Source: Leptolyngbyaceae cyanobacterium
Lineage (GTDB): Bacteria; Cyanobacteriota; Cyanobacteriia; Phormidesmidales; Phormidesmidaceae
Reading direction: 5' to 3'
DNA length: 64,000 bases
Assembly (NCBI GenBank): GCA_965263355.1
Contig: CBDHHL010000032.1
Span: 2,784,001 to 2,848,000 of the forward strand
A model generated the notes under the pieces. The model had not been told where the DNA came from and made no database searches. It worked only from the letters and a program-made list of their open reading frames with translations. The position numbers and the translations under genes were made by a program. Below are positions 29,567 to 39,536 of the stretch, piece by piece. The first letter of the stretch is position 1. Each line of letters begins with the position of its first letter.

Positions 29567-30067
29567 ATGTTGCCATTTCCAGAATCCATTAGCATTGATG
29601 AACTTAGGAATATGCTTGAAACTTTACGCAAACAAGGTGATTACGACAATAGAGAAAGCTGTCAGGAGAAACTAACATCCATTCGTGAAGCAATGGAAAA
29701 AGAAACTCTTCAGATCGCTGAAGGGTTTCGCCTTTATGGTGAAACCCTTCACGAGTACTACTCTAAGTTTCCTCCCTTTCAAGGGAAAACCTTCGCACTT
29801 GATCTAGAAGACTTTATCGAGTTAATCGGCCATTCAGTTGTGATCGGCAACTACTTCTTAATTAGTCAATGGGGCGTTGACTATCCCCTACTAAGCAAAC
29901 AAACCGTACTCGCCCATGGAGATGATAGACTACCAAATTACATTAGCGCCTTTAAAAAAGCGATTAATGAAGATTGGGAAAAACATCAAAATGAAGACGA
30001 TTGGCCGAAGGAGTGCAAACAATACTGGGAGTATTTAATCAAGGAGTGGGAAGATAAACTCTCATAA
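29567..30067 (+). CDS. Hypothetical protein; divergent phycobiliprotein/globin-like fold suspected
   Basis: 166 aa with an RBS-like gagga upstream; TFALDLEDFIELIGHSVVIGNYFLISQWGV and C-terminal YWEYLIKEW align by eye with allophycocyanin helices. Confidence 0.6.
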   Translation: MLPFPESISIDELRNMLETLRKQGDYDNRESCQEKLTSIREAMEKETLQIAEGFRLYGETLHEYYSKFPPFQGKTFALDLEDFIELIGHSVVIGNYFLISQWGVDYPLLSKQTVLAHGDDRLPNYISAFKKAINEDWEKHQNEDDWPKECKQYWEYLIKEWEDKLS

Positions 30068-30073
30068 CTCCCC

Positions 30074-30748
30074 TTAAGCTAACGTATCTGAGGAAATCGG
30101 CTCCGACTCTCTATTTTCGTCTAAATCTGTCTCAGAAAAACCATCTGCCATAGATGCCGCAGCCGATTTTTTAGTTTTAATCATCTGACCACCGCTCTTA
30201 ACCCGCTGGACTGCACTGTTAAACTCTCGCTTTTTAACACGTATATATTGACCAAGCTCTATCAGTTGATTTCGAGTGTTGTCTTCCTGGGTGTGCTTTT
30301 CTACAGTAGATAACTCATTTTCAATATGGTCCAAATAAGATCGGGCGCTTGTTATAGTATCGACCAGGCTTTTTTGAGATGCATTCACTTGCTCTACTAA
30401 AGTAGCTTTACTACCCTGTAGGCTCTCAATTTCGTCATCTCTTGCTTGAAGCTGATTTGTAGCTCTCTGACTGTCCTTAGTTTGTTTGGGAAGTACTGAA
30501 AAGGCTAGCCATAGTAAACTTACAGAAGTGGCAACAAATAATAAGACTTTGATGCCATCAGACAGCTTTGCAAATAGAAGCAGAATTAAAAAGGCAATAT
30601 AGATTAGTACTAAAGTAATCAATTGCGGACGTTGTTCTTCAGGAACTAAACTGGCTAAATTGCCAGTTGCGTTGAGCCATCCGCTAATACCCTCTTTTGT
30701 CTTTGGTGTATCGCTGGATTGATCCGACATAGATTTGGTCATGCACAT
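30074..30748 (-). CDS. Hypothetical protein with 2 TM helices and a coiled coil
   Basis: Two hydrophobic segments (~44-85) followed by a heptad-rich polar region. Confidence 0.7.
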   Translation of the reverse strand: MCMTKSMSDQSSDTPKTKEGISGWLNATGNLASLVPEEQRPQLITLVLIYIAFLILLLFAKLSDGIKVLLFVATSVSLLWLAFSVLPKQTKDSQRATNQLQARDDEIESLQGSKATLVEQVNASQKSLVDTITSARSYLDHIENELSTVEKHTQEDNTRNQLIELGQYIRVKKREFNSAVQRVKSGGQMIKTKKSAAASMADGFSETDLDENRESEPISSDTLA

Positions 30749-31159
30749 TATGGCTCTAATATATCATCGTTATTTAGTGTGAGAATGGAGCATCTGCATT
30801 AAACCGATTAAATATGAATGAGTAGCATAAGGTGTAACAAGGATTAGCGATGCCATTGCAGATACTGCATACCTATCAATAATTTTTCATCAACTCCTGT
30901 GAAGCTTTAGCACGTACCACAACTTGATATTACTGGCCCTTGTATTTATTGGCCCTTGTGTATAGTTAGAGAATTTTTGGTCGCTAAGCCTATAACCCTT
31001 ATAAATCAATAGACTGCAGGAATAAGCATAAATGCTAAGCAGTCAGGTGTTTCAGATTCGCTGAAAGACTGAAACCATTGAATTTTTCTATGCCCTCAAC
31101 TTAAAATCGCCCTTAGCGACCCAAATTTCTACATGTCTTAATAAAGGCTTTAGTACGAG

Positions 31160-31537
31160 TTACCCATTGATAGCTTCATCTAGGCTGATAGCACCAGCAC
31201 CGGTATAAATCACCATAAGCAGGCCACCGATCAGACCCAAATTTTTCAAAAAGGCATTGAGCTGTTCACCATCGGCTAAAAAGTTATGAAAAATCAGCGT
31301 TGCTGGCAGCAAAAAAATAATTAGCAGAAGCGCACCAATTTTGATTTTGTACCCCAGTAGTAGGGAAAGACCACCGGCTAGTTGAAATAGAATTGTGCCT
31401 GCAGCTAATAGACCACCCAGGAAAAGCCGTTGGCCAAGCATACCAGCAAATCCACCAAAGCCCATCAGGTGAGTAATACCAGCTTTGAGAAAAATGAGGG
31501 CTAAACAGATACGGGCAGCAAGGGGTAGATACTTCAT
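31160..31537 (-). CDS. DoxX family membrane protein
   Basis: ARICLALIF, GGLSLLLG, TLIFHNF, FLKNLGLIGGLL, GAGAISLD. Confidence 0.9.
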   Translation of the reverse strand: MKYLPLAARICLALIFLKAGITHLMGFGGFAGMLGQRLFLGGLLAAGTILFQLAGGLSLLLGYKIKIGALLLIIFLLPATLIFHNFLADGEQLNAFLKNLGLIGGLLMVIYTGAGAISLDEAING

Positions 31538-31755
31538 AGGTCAGACTGAGTAGCGTCGTATTCTTTGGGAACTAAATATAAAAACAGGTACCACCACACC
31601 AAAATCACGAATGTAGCGGGTGTGGTAATCCACCAGCGATGTAGCCATATCCAGCTCACAGTAGGAACAGCCATCCCAGTTAAAACAATGGACCATGGCT
31701 GACACCACCAAGGTTTTAAGTCCCACATAGATTGTGATTGCTTGGATGGTTCCAT
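31534..31755 (-). CDS. Small cyanobacterial membrane protein (DUF6737-like)
   Basis: WDLKPWWCQPWSIVLTG motif; stop overlaps the doxX start (ATGA). Confidence 0.8.
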   Translation of the reverse strand: MEPSKQSQSMWDLKPWWCQPWSIVLTGMAVPTVSWIWLHRWWITTPATFVILVWWYLFLYLVPKEYDATQSDL

Positions 31756-31814
31756 GAATAGATCGCCTTAATACATCACCTATGCTTAGGGTAGCTTGCG
31801 CCGTTTACATCCAT

Positions 31815-31856
31815 AAAAAAAAAGCGGTTGAAGCAACTACTGCTGCCTCGCCCGCT
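31815..31856 (-). terminator. Intrinsic terminator with no annotated gene directly upstream (candidate sRNA/leader 3' end)
   Basis: Minus strand agcgggcgaggcagc-agta-gttgcttcaaccgc followed by T9. Confidence 0.7.
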
Positions 31857-32248
31857 CCTTGTTAACCCACCCCAGGAGCTGCTCACTAAACGTAAACAGC
31901 CCCGGTTCTGAAATTGCCAGCATCAACAGACACTAGCAAAGCCTAAGGAGTTCATCGGCAAGCAACTTAGCAATGTGATGATGTGCTTAGAAACTGCCCT
32001 CACGTATCCAGTCGCAACATTCATGACTCAAATGTTTCAAAGCTGGTAGAAACGTGTTGAACTATCAACTTGAGTTAAGAATCCCATGAGAAGCTAACAA
32101 ATAGGTGTAATTACTTATTTTCTTTAGAATTGGTCTTAAACGGTTGCTATTGATACCGTTGCCTGGTCAAAGACGATGGGGTCAGTGGTGAGATCGCACC
32201 ATAAATCGTATAAATTCCCATGGTTTATTTTTTTGAGGTGCGTTAGAT

Positions 32249-33040
32249 ATGATTGATTTAGCCCATGCCTACGAAGTCAATAACCTGGACTTTTATCGTC
32301 AGCACCATGGTCAACAGCTGTATTACCGCTGGGAGGGTACGGTATGGTGGCGGCTATCGCCAGAAGCCAGCTTGGAGAAGGTATTTGCGATCGCAGGCAT
32401 GAATGCCACTAAAGTTTTCCTCTGCTCCGGTGAAAATGGTGAGTACGGCCATCGTATTAACCGGGAGCTAGGACTGTACTGTGACCCAGACACCGGTGAT
32501 GTCTTAACCCAATGGCAGCCACCTAATCAGCCTCCTGTCAGTGTTATGCCCATCGCCAACCGAATCGTTCAAGGCGATGTATCACCCAAAACAACCACAA
32601 TTCCTGCCGGTGAGCCTTACTTTCAGAAAGTACAGGAAATTCCCTTAACCTATCCCCATCCCCTGGCAGAGGATCCTAAATATCGCGACCATTGCCCTGG
32701 TCCGTTCTTCCAAGGCACTGAATATTTCACAACCTATGCTGTGCGCCCTGGGGTAACGGCTCCTAACCCCTTATGGGCCCGTGACTGCCCCTGGTTACCA
32801 TGGATGAAACTGGGCTATAAACATCCAGCTCGTCTACGGTTTGAAACCACAATCCAACGGGTGAATAGCTTTACAGACCTTAACCCCAAACTAATTGATG
32901 TCATCCGTCAGCGTGTCCCTATCTATGAGCACACCCCAGACACTACTGACGAACCTAATGTCACCAGCACCACCTATTTCAAACGGTATTTTGATGCCTA
33001 CCAAGCAGGTGAAGACTTTCCAATTAAGGAAACTGAATAG
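32249..33040 (+). CDS. DUF1838-like protein
   Basis: RELGLYCDPDTGDVL..W, IPLTYPHPLA, W.RDCPWLPWMKLG; RBS gaggtg upstream. Confidence 0.75.
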   Translation: MIDLAHAYEVNNLDFYRQHHGQQLYYRWEGTVWWRLSPEASLEKVFAIAGMNATKVFLCSGENGEYGHRINRELGLYCDPDTGDVLTQWQPPNQPPVSVMPIANRIVQGDVSPKTTTIPAGEPYFQKVQEIPLTYPHPLAEDPKYRDHCPGPFFQGTEYFTTYAVRPGVTAPNPLWARDCPWLPWMKLGYKHPARLRFETTIQRVNSFTDLNPKLIDVIRQRVPIYEHTPDTTDEPNVTSTTYFKRYFDAYQAGEDFPIKETE

Positions 33041-33955
33041 ACTTCCAGTGGGAGACTAGTGAAAAGAATAAAATCAGCTACCAAAAGTACCCCTGCGGGT
33101 ACCGCAGTAAGTTTATTTTTCTGATTCTGATGAGTCGGCTGATTGCCAGTGGCACTCTCGCACCTCTTGCTGCAGGCAGCCAACCAGAAGATGTGGGAAC
33201 AGGGATTGTCCAGGCACCATAAGGACCGGTTTTGTTGAAAAACTGACTGTAGGCCCCTGCGATCTCAGGGGCTATCAATTTGTAAAGAGGGAATCTAACC
33301 ATCTCCTCAACAGCACAGACCCTAACCAGCCAGAGCATAGCCAATCTGTTCGGCGCGATGACAAAGGCGCTTAAATCTGTCTTGCTGATAAGCTCCTTGA
33401 AAGGTTTGTCCATAGACGCCCTGAATGGCCAGATTAGGATCTTTAGGAGGTTCCTGTGTCGTTATCAACCGCTGAGTTTGCTTGAGTAGATAAGCCTGAA
33501 ATTTTTGCATACAACGGTGCTGAGCAAAGATAGGTTGATCCTCATCAAACGCAAGCTGAACAAAAAAATTGTATATTTTGGGGCATGCTTTGAATAGATG
33601 CCCTGCTAAGGACGGTAACCGCTGAATATGTCTCACCCCGTGGCTATAGTTACATGTTTCCAAAATATGTTGATCGCCACCCAAAGGAATAAGTAAAAAG
33701 ACCAGGGATGGGAATTCTATGGGGCCAGCTGTAAACATAAACGGCCCCTGAAAAGCAATATGGTGGAGCGCGCTAAGGGTCACGTGTCAACCATGGTTCT
33801 GCGTCACAGAGTGATTGATAAAAATAAGGAAATAAGAGTTGATCTACATTTGGAAAAGTCCAGGTTTTAAGTACTTGAGCAGTGTTGTTCATGATGAATC
33901 ATGATTGTTCTAGAATAAGGAACAATTATGCTCAGTATGATTTCGCATATATGTT

Positions 33956-33971
33956 TGTGATTTTAGTCACT
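33956..33971. promoter_or_regulatory. CRP-type binding site (near-consensus)
   Basis: TGTGA-ttttag-TCACT against TGTGA-N6-TCACA. Confidence 0.45.
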
Positions 33972-34199
33972 CATATATACCACGGATAGCAATTTTATCT
34001 ATTTTCCAAAAGTTAAAAAAACAAGTTTCAACTTTCCTCAGTTGGAGAGCTAGTGGTGCTTTTCGCTGTTATACTGTTGCGAATTTTATAAATGGCTAAA
34101 TAACATTTTTGAGATTATGACTTGAAATAAGAAAAAGCCCTTACCATAGTAGTAGAGGCTTTAGAGTGTGTGTTGTAGGGAAAAACAGATGAGAGAAAA

Positions 34200-34252
34200 G
34201 GGTGCCCTGGGAATGAGGCTTCATAGACTCATGAAGTCTTTACTGGGCACCC
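34200..34252 (-). terminator. Hairpin terminator downstream of the repeat-peptide gene
   Basis: gggtgccc...gggcaccc stem enclosing cttcat/atgaag; T-rich tail on the minus strand. Confidence 0.6.
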
Positions 34253-34277
34253 GAACCTGAGTCAATCCAACAAACTT

Positions 34278-34784
34278 TTAGTGGACAGACTTAGTACGGG
34301 CATCAAGGGCACTTAAACGAGCTTCCTGAATATTATCGACAGCTTTCGTGCGAGCATCCAGTGCTGCTAAACGAGCAGCTTGAATATCCTCAACAGCTTT
34401 GGTTTGGTTGTTGAGATGCTCAAGACGTAGCTTATGAACACTGTTCTTAGTACGAGCATCAAGGGCTGCCAAACGAGCAGATTGAATATCTTCAACAGCT
34501 TTGGTTTGGTTGTTGAGATGCTCAAGACGTAGCTTGTGAACACTGTTCTTAGTACGAGCATCCAGGGCCTCTAAGCGAGCGGCTTGGATATTGTCGATGG
34601 CCTTAGTCTGATTGTTGAGATGCTCAAGGCGTAGTTTATGAACAGAGTTCTTAGTACGGGCATCCAATGATTCTAGGCGAGTCTCTTGTAAGTTAAAACC
34701 AGTTGTTTCCACAGCGGAGGCAACCGGAGCAATAGCAGCGGAGGCAACGAGAACAGTTAAAGCGGAAAGAAGTGTGCGTTTCAT
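34278..34784 (-). CDS. Secreted protein built from tandem 16/18-aa repeats
   Basis: Signal peptide ending VASA; 8 units xxRLxxL(D/N)xxTK; 102-bp DNA period (ctgttcttagtacgagcatc at 34441 and 34543). Confidence 0.85.
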   Translation of the reverse strand: MKRTLLSALTVLVASAAIAPVASAVETTGFNLQETRLESLDARTKNSVHKLRLEHLNNQTKAIDNIQAARLEALDARTKNSVHKLRLEHLNNQTKAVEDIQSARLAALDARTKNSVHKLRLEHLNNQTKAVEDIQAARLAALDARTKAVDNIQEARLSALDARTKSVH

Positions 34785-34918
34785 AATTAAAGCTCTTTGG
34801 TATATCAGTGAAGTGTTAATTGCTTCATTGATTACAAGAATGCCGGGGATAACTGAGCCCTATCTGACCGATAACTGAAGATTGCTTAAAGGGTTTCTGA
34901 GATTAGCTGAGGAAATAA

Positions 34919-34934
34919 TGTGATGGAGATCACA
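34919..34934. promoter_or_regulatory. CRP (SyCRP1-type) binding site
   Basis: Perfect TGTGA-tggaga-TCACA with AT-rich flanks (taaTGTGAtggagaTCACAaat), in a divergent intergenic region. Confidence 0.7.
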
Positions 34935-35084
34935 AATTTCAAACCGTTAAAAAAAGCTCCCCCTCTACAAACCAATATGTAGTGAATTTGAGACGTACGA
35001 GGGACTACTTGTGATTCAAAACGCATCTTGCTCTGCCAGAGCCGTAAAATACTAAAGCTTGGTCTGGAATCTGGAGGATAGGGT

Positions 35085-36275
35085 GTGTCTAAATCGCGGG
35101 CAGTTGAACGTTCCGCTGATTGGTCGTGGCCATGGTGGCCACTAGTGCCGCTGTACCCCTATGGTCAGCGCCGTACGCTGCGTCGGGAGGTAATTAACAA
35201 TCAGGTTTGGACCTTTGACCAACTGCAGGGCATTTTGTACGTCGTTGTCCCCATTCGCATGACCGTTATTCGTTTAGCGACGGGTGGTTTACTGGTCTAT
35301 GCCCCCATTGCCCCCACACCAGAATGCATTCGTCTGGTTAATGAACTAGAAGAACTTTACGGTGAGGTGACGTATATTATTTTGCCAACGGTGACAGGTC
35401 TGGAACACAAGGTATTTGTGGGGCCGTTTGCCCGTAGGTTTCCCTCGGCCCAGGTGTATGTCGCTCGCCACCAGTGGAGCTTTCCGCTAAATTTACCCCG
35501 CAGCTGGCTGGGCTTTCCCATGGGGCGTACCCACTGGCTACCGGAAAATCCCGCCGATGCTCCCTTTGGCGATGAGTTTGATTATCATGTTTTGGGGCCA
35601 GTCAACCTCGGTCTGGGTCCCTTCTCAGAAGTGGCTTTTTTCCATAGAGCCTCTAAAAGCTTGCTAGTGACAGATTCAGTGGTTTCCATTCCAGCTGATC
35701 CACCACCAATTGTGCAACTAGATAGCTATCCGTTACTGTTCCATGCCAAAGAGAACGCTGCCGATGCACCCGCTGATACCGCTGAAAATCGTCGTAAAGG
35801 ATGGCAGCGGATTGCTCTGTTTGCGTTTTACTTTCGTCCTGATGCACTCAAAGATCCGCAATGGGGCCAGGTACTAACAGCCGCTAAGAACGCTTCAGAT
35901 CGATCAAAGCAGGCTTATTTCGGTCTCTTTCCGTTTGCATGGGAGCCTACCTGGCAGCAGTCGTTTGAGAAACTGTGTGGCAATGGCAGACTTTTGGTAG
36001 CACCGGTCTTGCAGTCTTTGATTTTTAATCGGGGGTCAAAGACAGTTCTAGCTTGGGCTAACCAGGTGGCTGAGCTGCCATTTGATTCGATCATTCCTTG
36101 CCATTTAAATGCGCCAATTAAAACGGATGGAGCAACCTTTCGTCAGGCGTTTAGATTTTTAGCGCCAGACAATACGTCGGGACGTGGGGGCAATTTACCG
36201 GAAGCGGATTTTGCCTTGCTGAATCGTATTAGTCAGCAGCTAGAGCGCACACGCATTACACCGCCGCCTGCCTAA
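35085..36275 (+). CDS. DUF4336 domain protein (metallo-beta-lactamase-like)
   Basis: WSWPWWPLVPLYPYGQRRT, IRMTVIRL, GLEHK, EVAFFH, IIPCH. Confidence 0.85.
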   Translation: MSKSRAVERSADWSWPWWPLVPLYPYGQRRTLRREVINNQVWTFDQLQGILYVVVPIRMTVIRLATGGLLVYAPIAPTPECIRLVNELEELYGEVTYIILPTVTGLEHKVFVGPFARRFPSAQVYVARHQWSFPLNLPRSWLGFPMGRTHWLPENPADAPFGDEFDYHVLGPVNLGLGPFSEVAFFHRASKSLLVTDSVVSIPADPPPIVQLDSYPLLFHAKENAADAPADTAENRRKGWQRIALFAFYFRPDALKDPQWGQVLTAAKNASDRSKQAYFGLFPFAWEPTWQQSFEKLCGNGRLLVAPVLQSLIFNRGSKTVLAWANQVAELPFDSIIPCHLNAPIKTDGATFRQAFRFLAPDNTSGRGGNLPEADFALLNRISQQLERTRITPPPA

Positions 36276-37323
36276 AAAGCAAGGTTGTATAAATCTGAAA
36301 GGCCGTGTCCCAGTCACTGGCTTTACGTTGATTGATGTCTAGATAAATCGGAATGTAAGGCAGTAGAGGAATCATCTCTAAAGCGCCCTGACCGAAGTTA
36401 GCAAAGTCTTCGAGTACTGTGCAATCGGTTGCTCGGGCAATATGCTGCATCAGGCCATTCCAACGTAGACGAGTGGAGGTGAGGTTGGTTTGATCCGGCA
36501 CTAGGGCAACGCTATTGCGGAATTCATAGGTGCGATCGCATACCCGCAAAATACTCTTGCGCCCATGCACATGCAGATCCATCACCTGGGCATACTCCTG
36601 CACCTGGTCTTTGCGCTTTGTTTTCCCCCAAGGTCCCCTGTCATTTACCTGCTCAAAGACTGGTAGCTGAGCCTTAACGATTTGGGTCACCTCAGACCAA
36701 TCAAACTGAATAGAACCCATTTGGCCAGCGGGGCTCTGACAAACCACCACCGGCTGTGGAGCCACCGCCCGAAAATGCTTAATCTGATAAATATCAACGG
36801 TTTTGAGCGCATCAACCGTCGACCAAACCGTAGGAATACCCACATCCTCTAAGGCCTTGCCGTAATACTCCATTTCCCCGATAGACCCCGTACGCTGTAG
36901 CCGCATACCCCGCTTTGGGAGTTGCAACCGAGCCATATACGGATCAATCCGCAAGACTTTCGCCAAACCCATCGCGGCCCGTTGTCCATCCTCCGGTGGC
37001 ATAATCACCAATAGCCCAGGTTCTTCACTACCTAAAACCGCCTTGGCTTCATCCAGGGCTTCTTGGCGATTGGCTTCCCTTGCCTGTTGAACTCGCTTAA
37101 GCCCAGCGCGGGCCTGCCCCATGAGTTTCGGGTTGTTCACCCGTTTGAGAAATGTCAGATAGGTTTTCTCCGCCGCATCCCACTGCAATGTGCCTTCCTG
37201 TAATCGACCTATCGAGAGCAGCATCAGCGGGTCCTTAGGCGCTGTCTTACGCCACTGTTTGATCAGCTGCGTGGCACGGCGATAGTCCTGGGCGTCAAGG
37301 GCAACAGTAACAAGTTGATGCAT
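36256..37323 (-). CDS. Conserved cyanobacterial TPR-containing hypothetical protein
   Basis: N-terminal TPR-like helices; 355-aa open frame. Confidence 0.75.
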   Translation of the reverse strand: MHQLVTVALDAQDYRRATQLIKQWRKTAPKDPLMLLSIGRLQEGTLQWDAAEKTYLTFLKRVNNPKLMGQARAGLKRVQQAREANRQEALDEAKAVLGSEEPGLLVIMPPEDGQRAAMGLAKVLRIDPYMARLQLPKRGMRLQRTGSIGEMEYYGKALEDVGIPTVWSTVDALKTVDIYQIKHFRAVAPQPVVVCQSPAGQMGSIQFDWSEVTQIVKAQLPVFEQVNDRGPWGKTKRKDQVQEYAQVMDLHVHGRKSILRVCDRTYEFRNSVALVPDQTNLTSTRLRWNGLMQHIARATDCTVLEDFANFGQGALEMIPLLPYIPIYLDINQRKASDWDTAFQIYTTLLFRQAAV

Positions 37324-37385
37324 GGCAAAGGCAACGACAAACGACCAAAATATTCCCCACGGTAATCATGGCACCTTGCCATCGA

Positions 37386-39425
37386 TTACCACACCCGCCA
37401 ATCTTCCCAATCCAGGTTAAAGATAGACGTATTGGGAAAGGCCGTCGGATTGCCACGGGCTTGCAATTTTTGCTGTAACTCCAACAACTCTGGCTCTGGC
37501 CGCGGCAAATCATCAACCAAACTGTAGGGCAATACTTGATTTTCTAAGGCATAGTCAATCGTTGCCCCAGCCGCAATCCCTGCCGACCATTCAAAGGAAT
37601 GGACTCGATAAGCGGCGGCGGCAATGGTACTGGTGGCAATACTTTTGCCAGCAACCAGCAAGTTGTCAATTTTCTGAGGAATCATTGCTCGCAGAGGAAT
37701 CTGCCCTGGATAGCTCTGGCCATGGGCCCGTCGTACGCCCTCGCGCTCGATGTTTCCCGGTAGCTCTGGCGGCGACAGCTGCATACAGGGATGAAAGTCA
37801 ATGGCATACTGGGCAATCCCTAAGGAATCAGGAAAGATAGTCGATCGGGTTCGCCGAGGAATATCAGCAGCGGACTTGTCTGTCTCAATTACAGAGGTTG
37901 TTTCTAGACCTGCCAGCGCCCGACGCAGCGACAGATACATACCATCAGGCAGCTGCGTTTGGTAGTACTCATCGTTGTAATCGACACGGGAAATATCGAT
38001 TTCATTAATCAAAAATCCCTCAGGATGACCATAGGACGGTCGCCCAACAATCCGTCGTCCCTCACGAATGTAAGGATGTTTGGATAACCCATGGGCCGTA
38101 TTCATCGGAGCATCAAATCCAGTTAAAAATCGATAGCGTAAATCGACATCCTTGATGCCGTAGCCCAATTGAGAATCTGTCAATCCTCCGATTAACCAGT
38201 GGTAGTAACTAAACGCATTTTCTTCACCGCGTCTCAAAGTCTCTACCCGCAAGCCCCCTAACCAGCCGCCTGGCTCCAGCTGTCCCGTAGCCTCCAACTG
38301 ATTGTGGGAATAAATCAGATTATCTGCCACGGTACCAGGACGATAATCATTGCCCCAGGTCCAGTTTTGCATGGAGATATCTCCCGGCTTGATGTCGCTA
38401 ACCCCAAAAATGCGTTGTTCAGGCCGATCTCCCGGTGCCAAAATGCGCCGATAGGTAAAGACAAAGTCGATGTAGTTAATATTCTCCCGTTCTCGCTCAA
38501 AGCTGAAGTAAGGGGCGTAGATATCATAGTAATCTGGTCGCTCCTGCACCTGAGACTCGGCAGTGCGCTCCATGGCAAAGGTGTAGGTAAAGCCCTGGGT
38601 GCAATAGGGATCCCCCGTTAAGGTGGGTGAAGACGGGTTGAGATAAGACTTAGGATCTAGGCCCAATTGATACGGCACACCAGACAACGCAATCACTTCA
38701 CCGGTTTCAGTAGCTTCAACCACGTACCAGTCAGCCGGTCCGTCATGCCCCATGGGCTCAAAGCGAATGATCTTTTTACTCAGACGCTCTGAATCGTCAT
38801 AGCGATAGATGTCTTCATAAACGGCGGATAGGGGTTCTGTGTTGAGGGGCGGTGTGCCAGGAGCTGGTCGGTGTTGGATTGCGATCGCACTCTCAATCAT
38901 CGCACCCTCAATATCCAGCTCTTTCACAACAGTTGACGGGAACCACTTCAGCGTCCCATCCCCCTCGCGAGCAGCCTCATGGAGCATGCTTACCAAAATA
39001 TCATGGGCATCCGCCGGTAAAAAACATACTGCACTTACCCAACAATCCCCTGGGTTTTGACGACCATAGTGTTCTAAAACACGCTGCCGTAGCTGCTTAT
39101 ACCCCGCCGCATAGAACTGTAATTGACGTTGCATTTTCGCTTCATCTAGCGCCGTCGTCCCCTGGGAGGTAAGCTGCCCCCCTAACCAATCAGTCATTTC
39201 TGTCAGACAAACCGTACGTCCCGCATGCAAACTCTCGTAGGCCGTAGCCACACCAGCTAGACCTCCTCCTACCACCAAAACATCACAACTCTCAGTCTGT
39301 TCAACGGATTGAGCGCTAGCGGTTGGCATAGCAGCCAATGGATTAACCGTGATTAGCGAAAGACCAATTGCCGCCAAAAATCTTTGACTGAGAGCGCTCC
39401 ACAATATACCGGCAGAACTGCGCAT
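37386..39425 (-). CDS. Exported FAD-dependent oxidoreductase
   Basis: Signal peptide; CDVLVVGGGLAG, WLGGQLTSQG, PYIREGRRI, YAIDFH, IPLRAMIP, NLLVAGK. Confidence 0.88.
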   Translation of the reverse strand: MRSSAGILWSALSQRFLAAIGLSLITVNPLAAMPTASAQSVEQTESCDVLVVGGGLAGVATAYESLHAGRTVCLTEMTDWLGGQLTSQGTTALDEAKMQRQLQFYAAGYKQLRQRVLEHYGRQNPGDCWVSAVCFLPADAHDILVSMLHEAAREGDGTLKWFPSTVVKELDIEGAMIESAIAIQHRPAPGTPPLNTEPLSAVYEDIYRYDDSERLSKKIIRFEPMGHDGPADWYVVEATETGEVIALSGVPYQLGLDPKSYLNPSSPTLTGDPYCTQGFTYTFAMERTAESQVQERPDYYDIYAPYFSFERERENINYIDFVFTYRRILAPGDRPEQRIFGVSDIKPGDISMQNWTWGNDYRPGTVADNLIYSHNQLEATGQLEPGGWLGGLRVETLRRGEENAFSYYHWLIGGLTDSQLGYGIKDVDLRYRFLTGFDAPMNTAHGLSKHPYIREGRRIVGRPSYGHPEGFLINEIDISRVDYNDEYYQTQLPDGMYLSLRRALAGLETTSVIETDKSAADIPRRTRSTIFPDSLGIAQYAIDFHPCMQLSPPELPGNIEREGVRRAHGQSYPGQIPLRAMIPQKIDNLLVAGKSIATSTIAAAAYRVHSFEWSAGIAAGATIDYALENQVLPYSLVDDLPRPEPELLELQQKLQARGNPTAFPNTSIFNLDWEDWRVW

Positions 39426-39536
39426 ATACGTCCTTCCTTAAGTCGCTAAAATCACTGCATCAAAAGTCTTGCCCACAACTATACCCAATCACCTGAGTGT
39501 TCAAGGCGAGGACAGCATAGTGGAGCAGCCTACACG

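Noticed and set aside
34278..34700. 102-bp DNA repeats as a CRISPR-like array
   Set aside because: The repeats are in frame within a signal-peptide ORF and vary mainly at synonymous positions.
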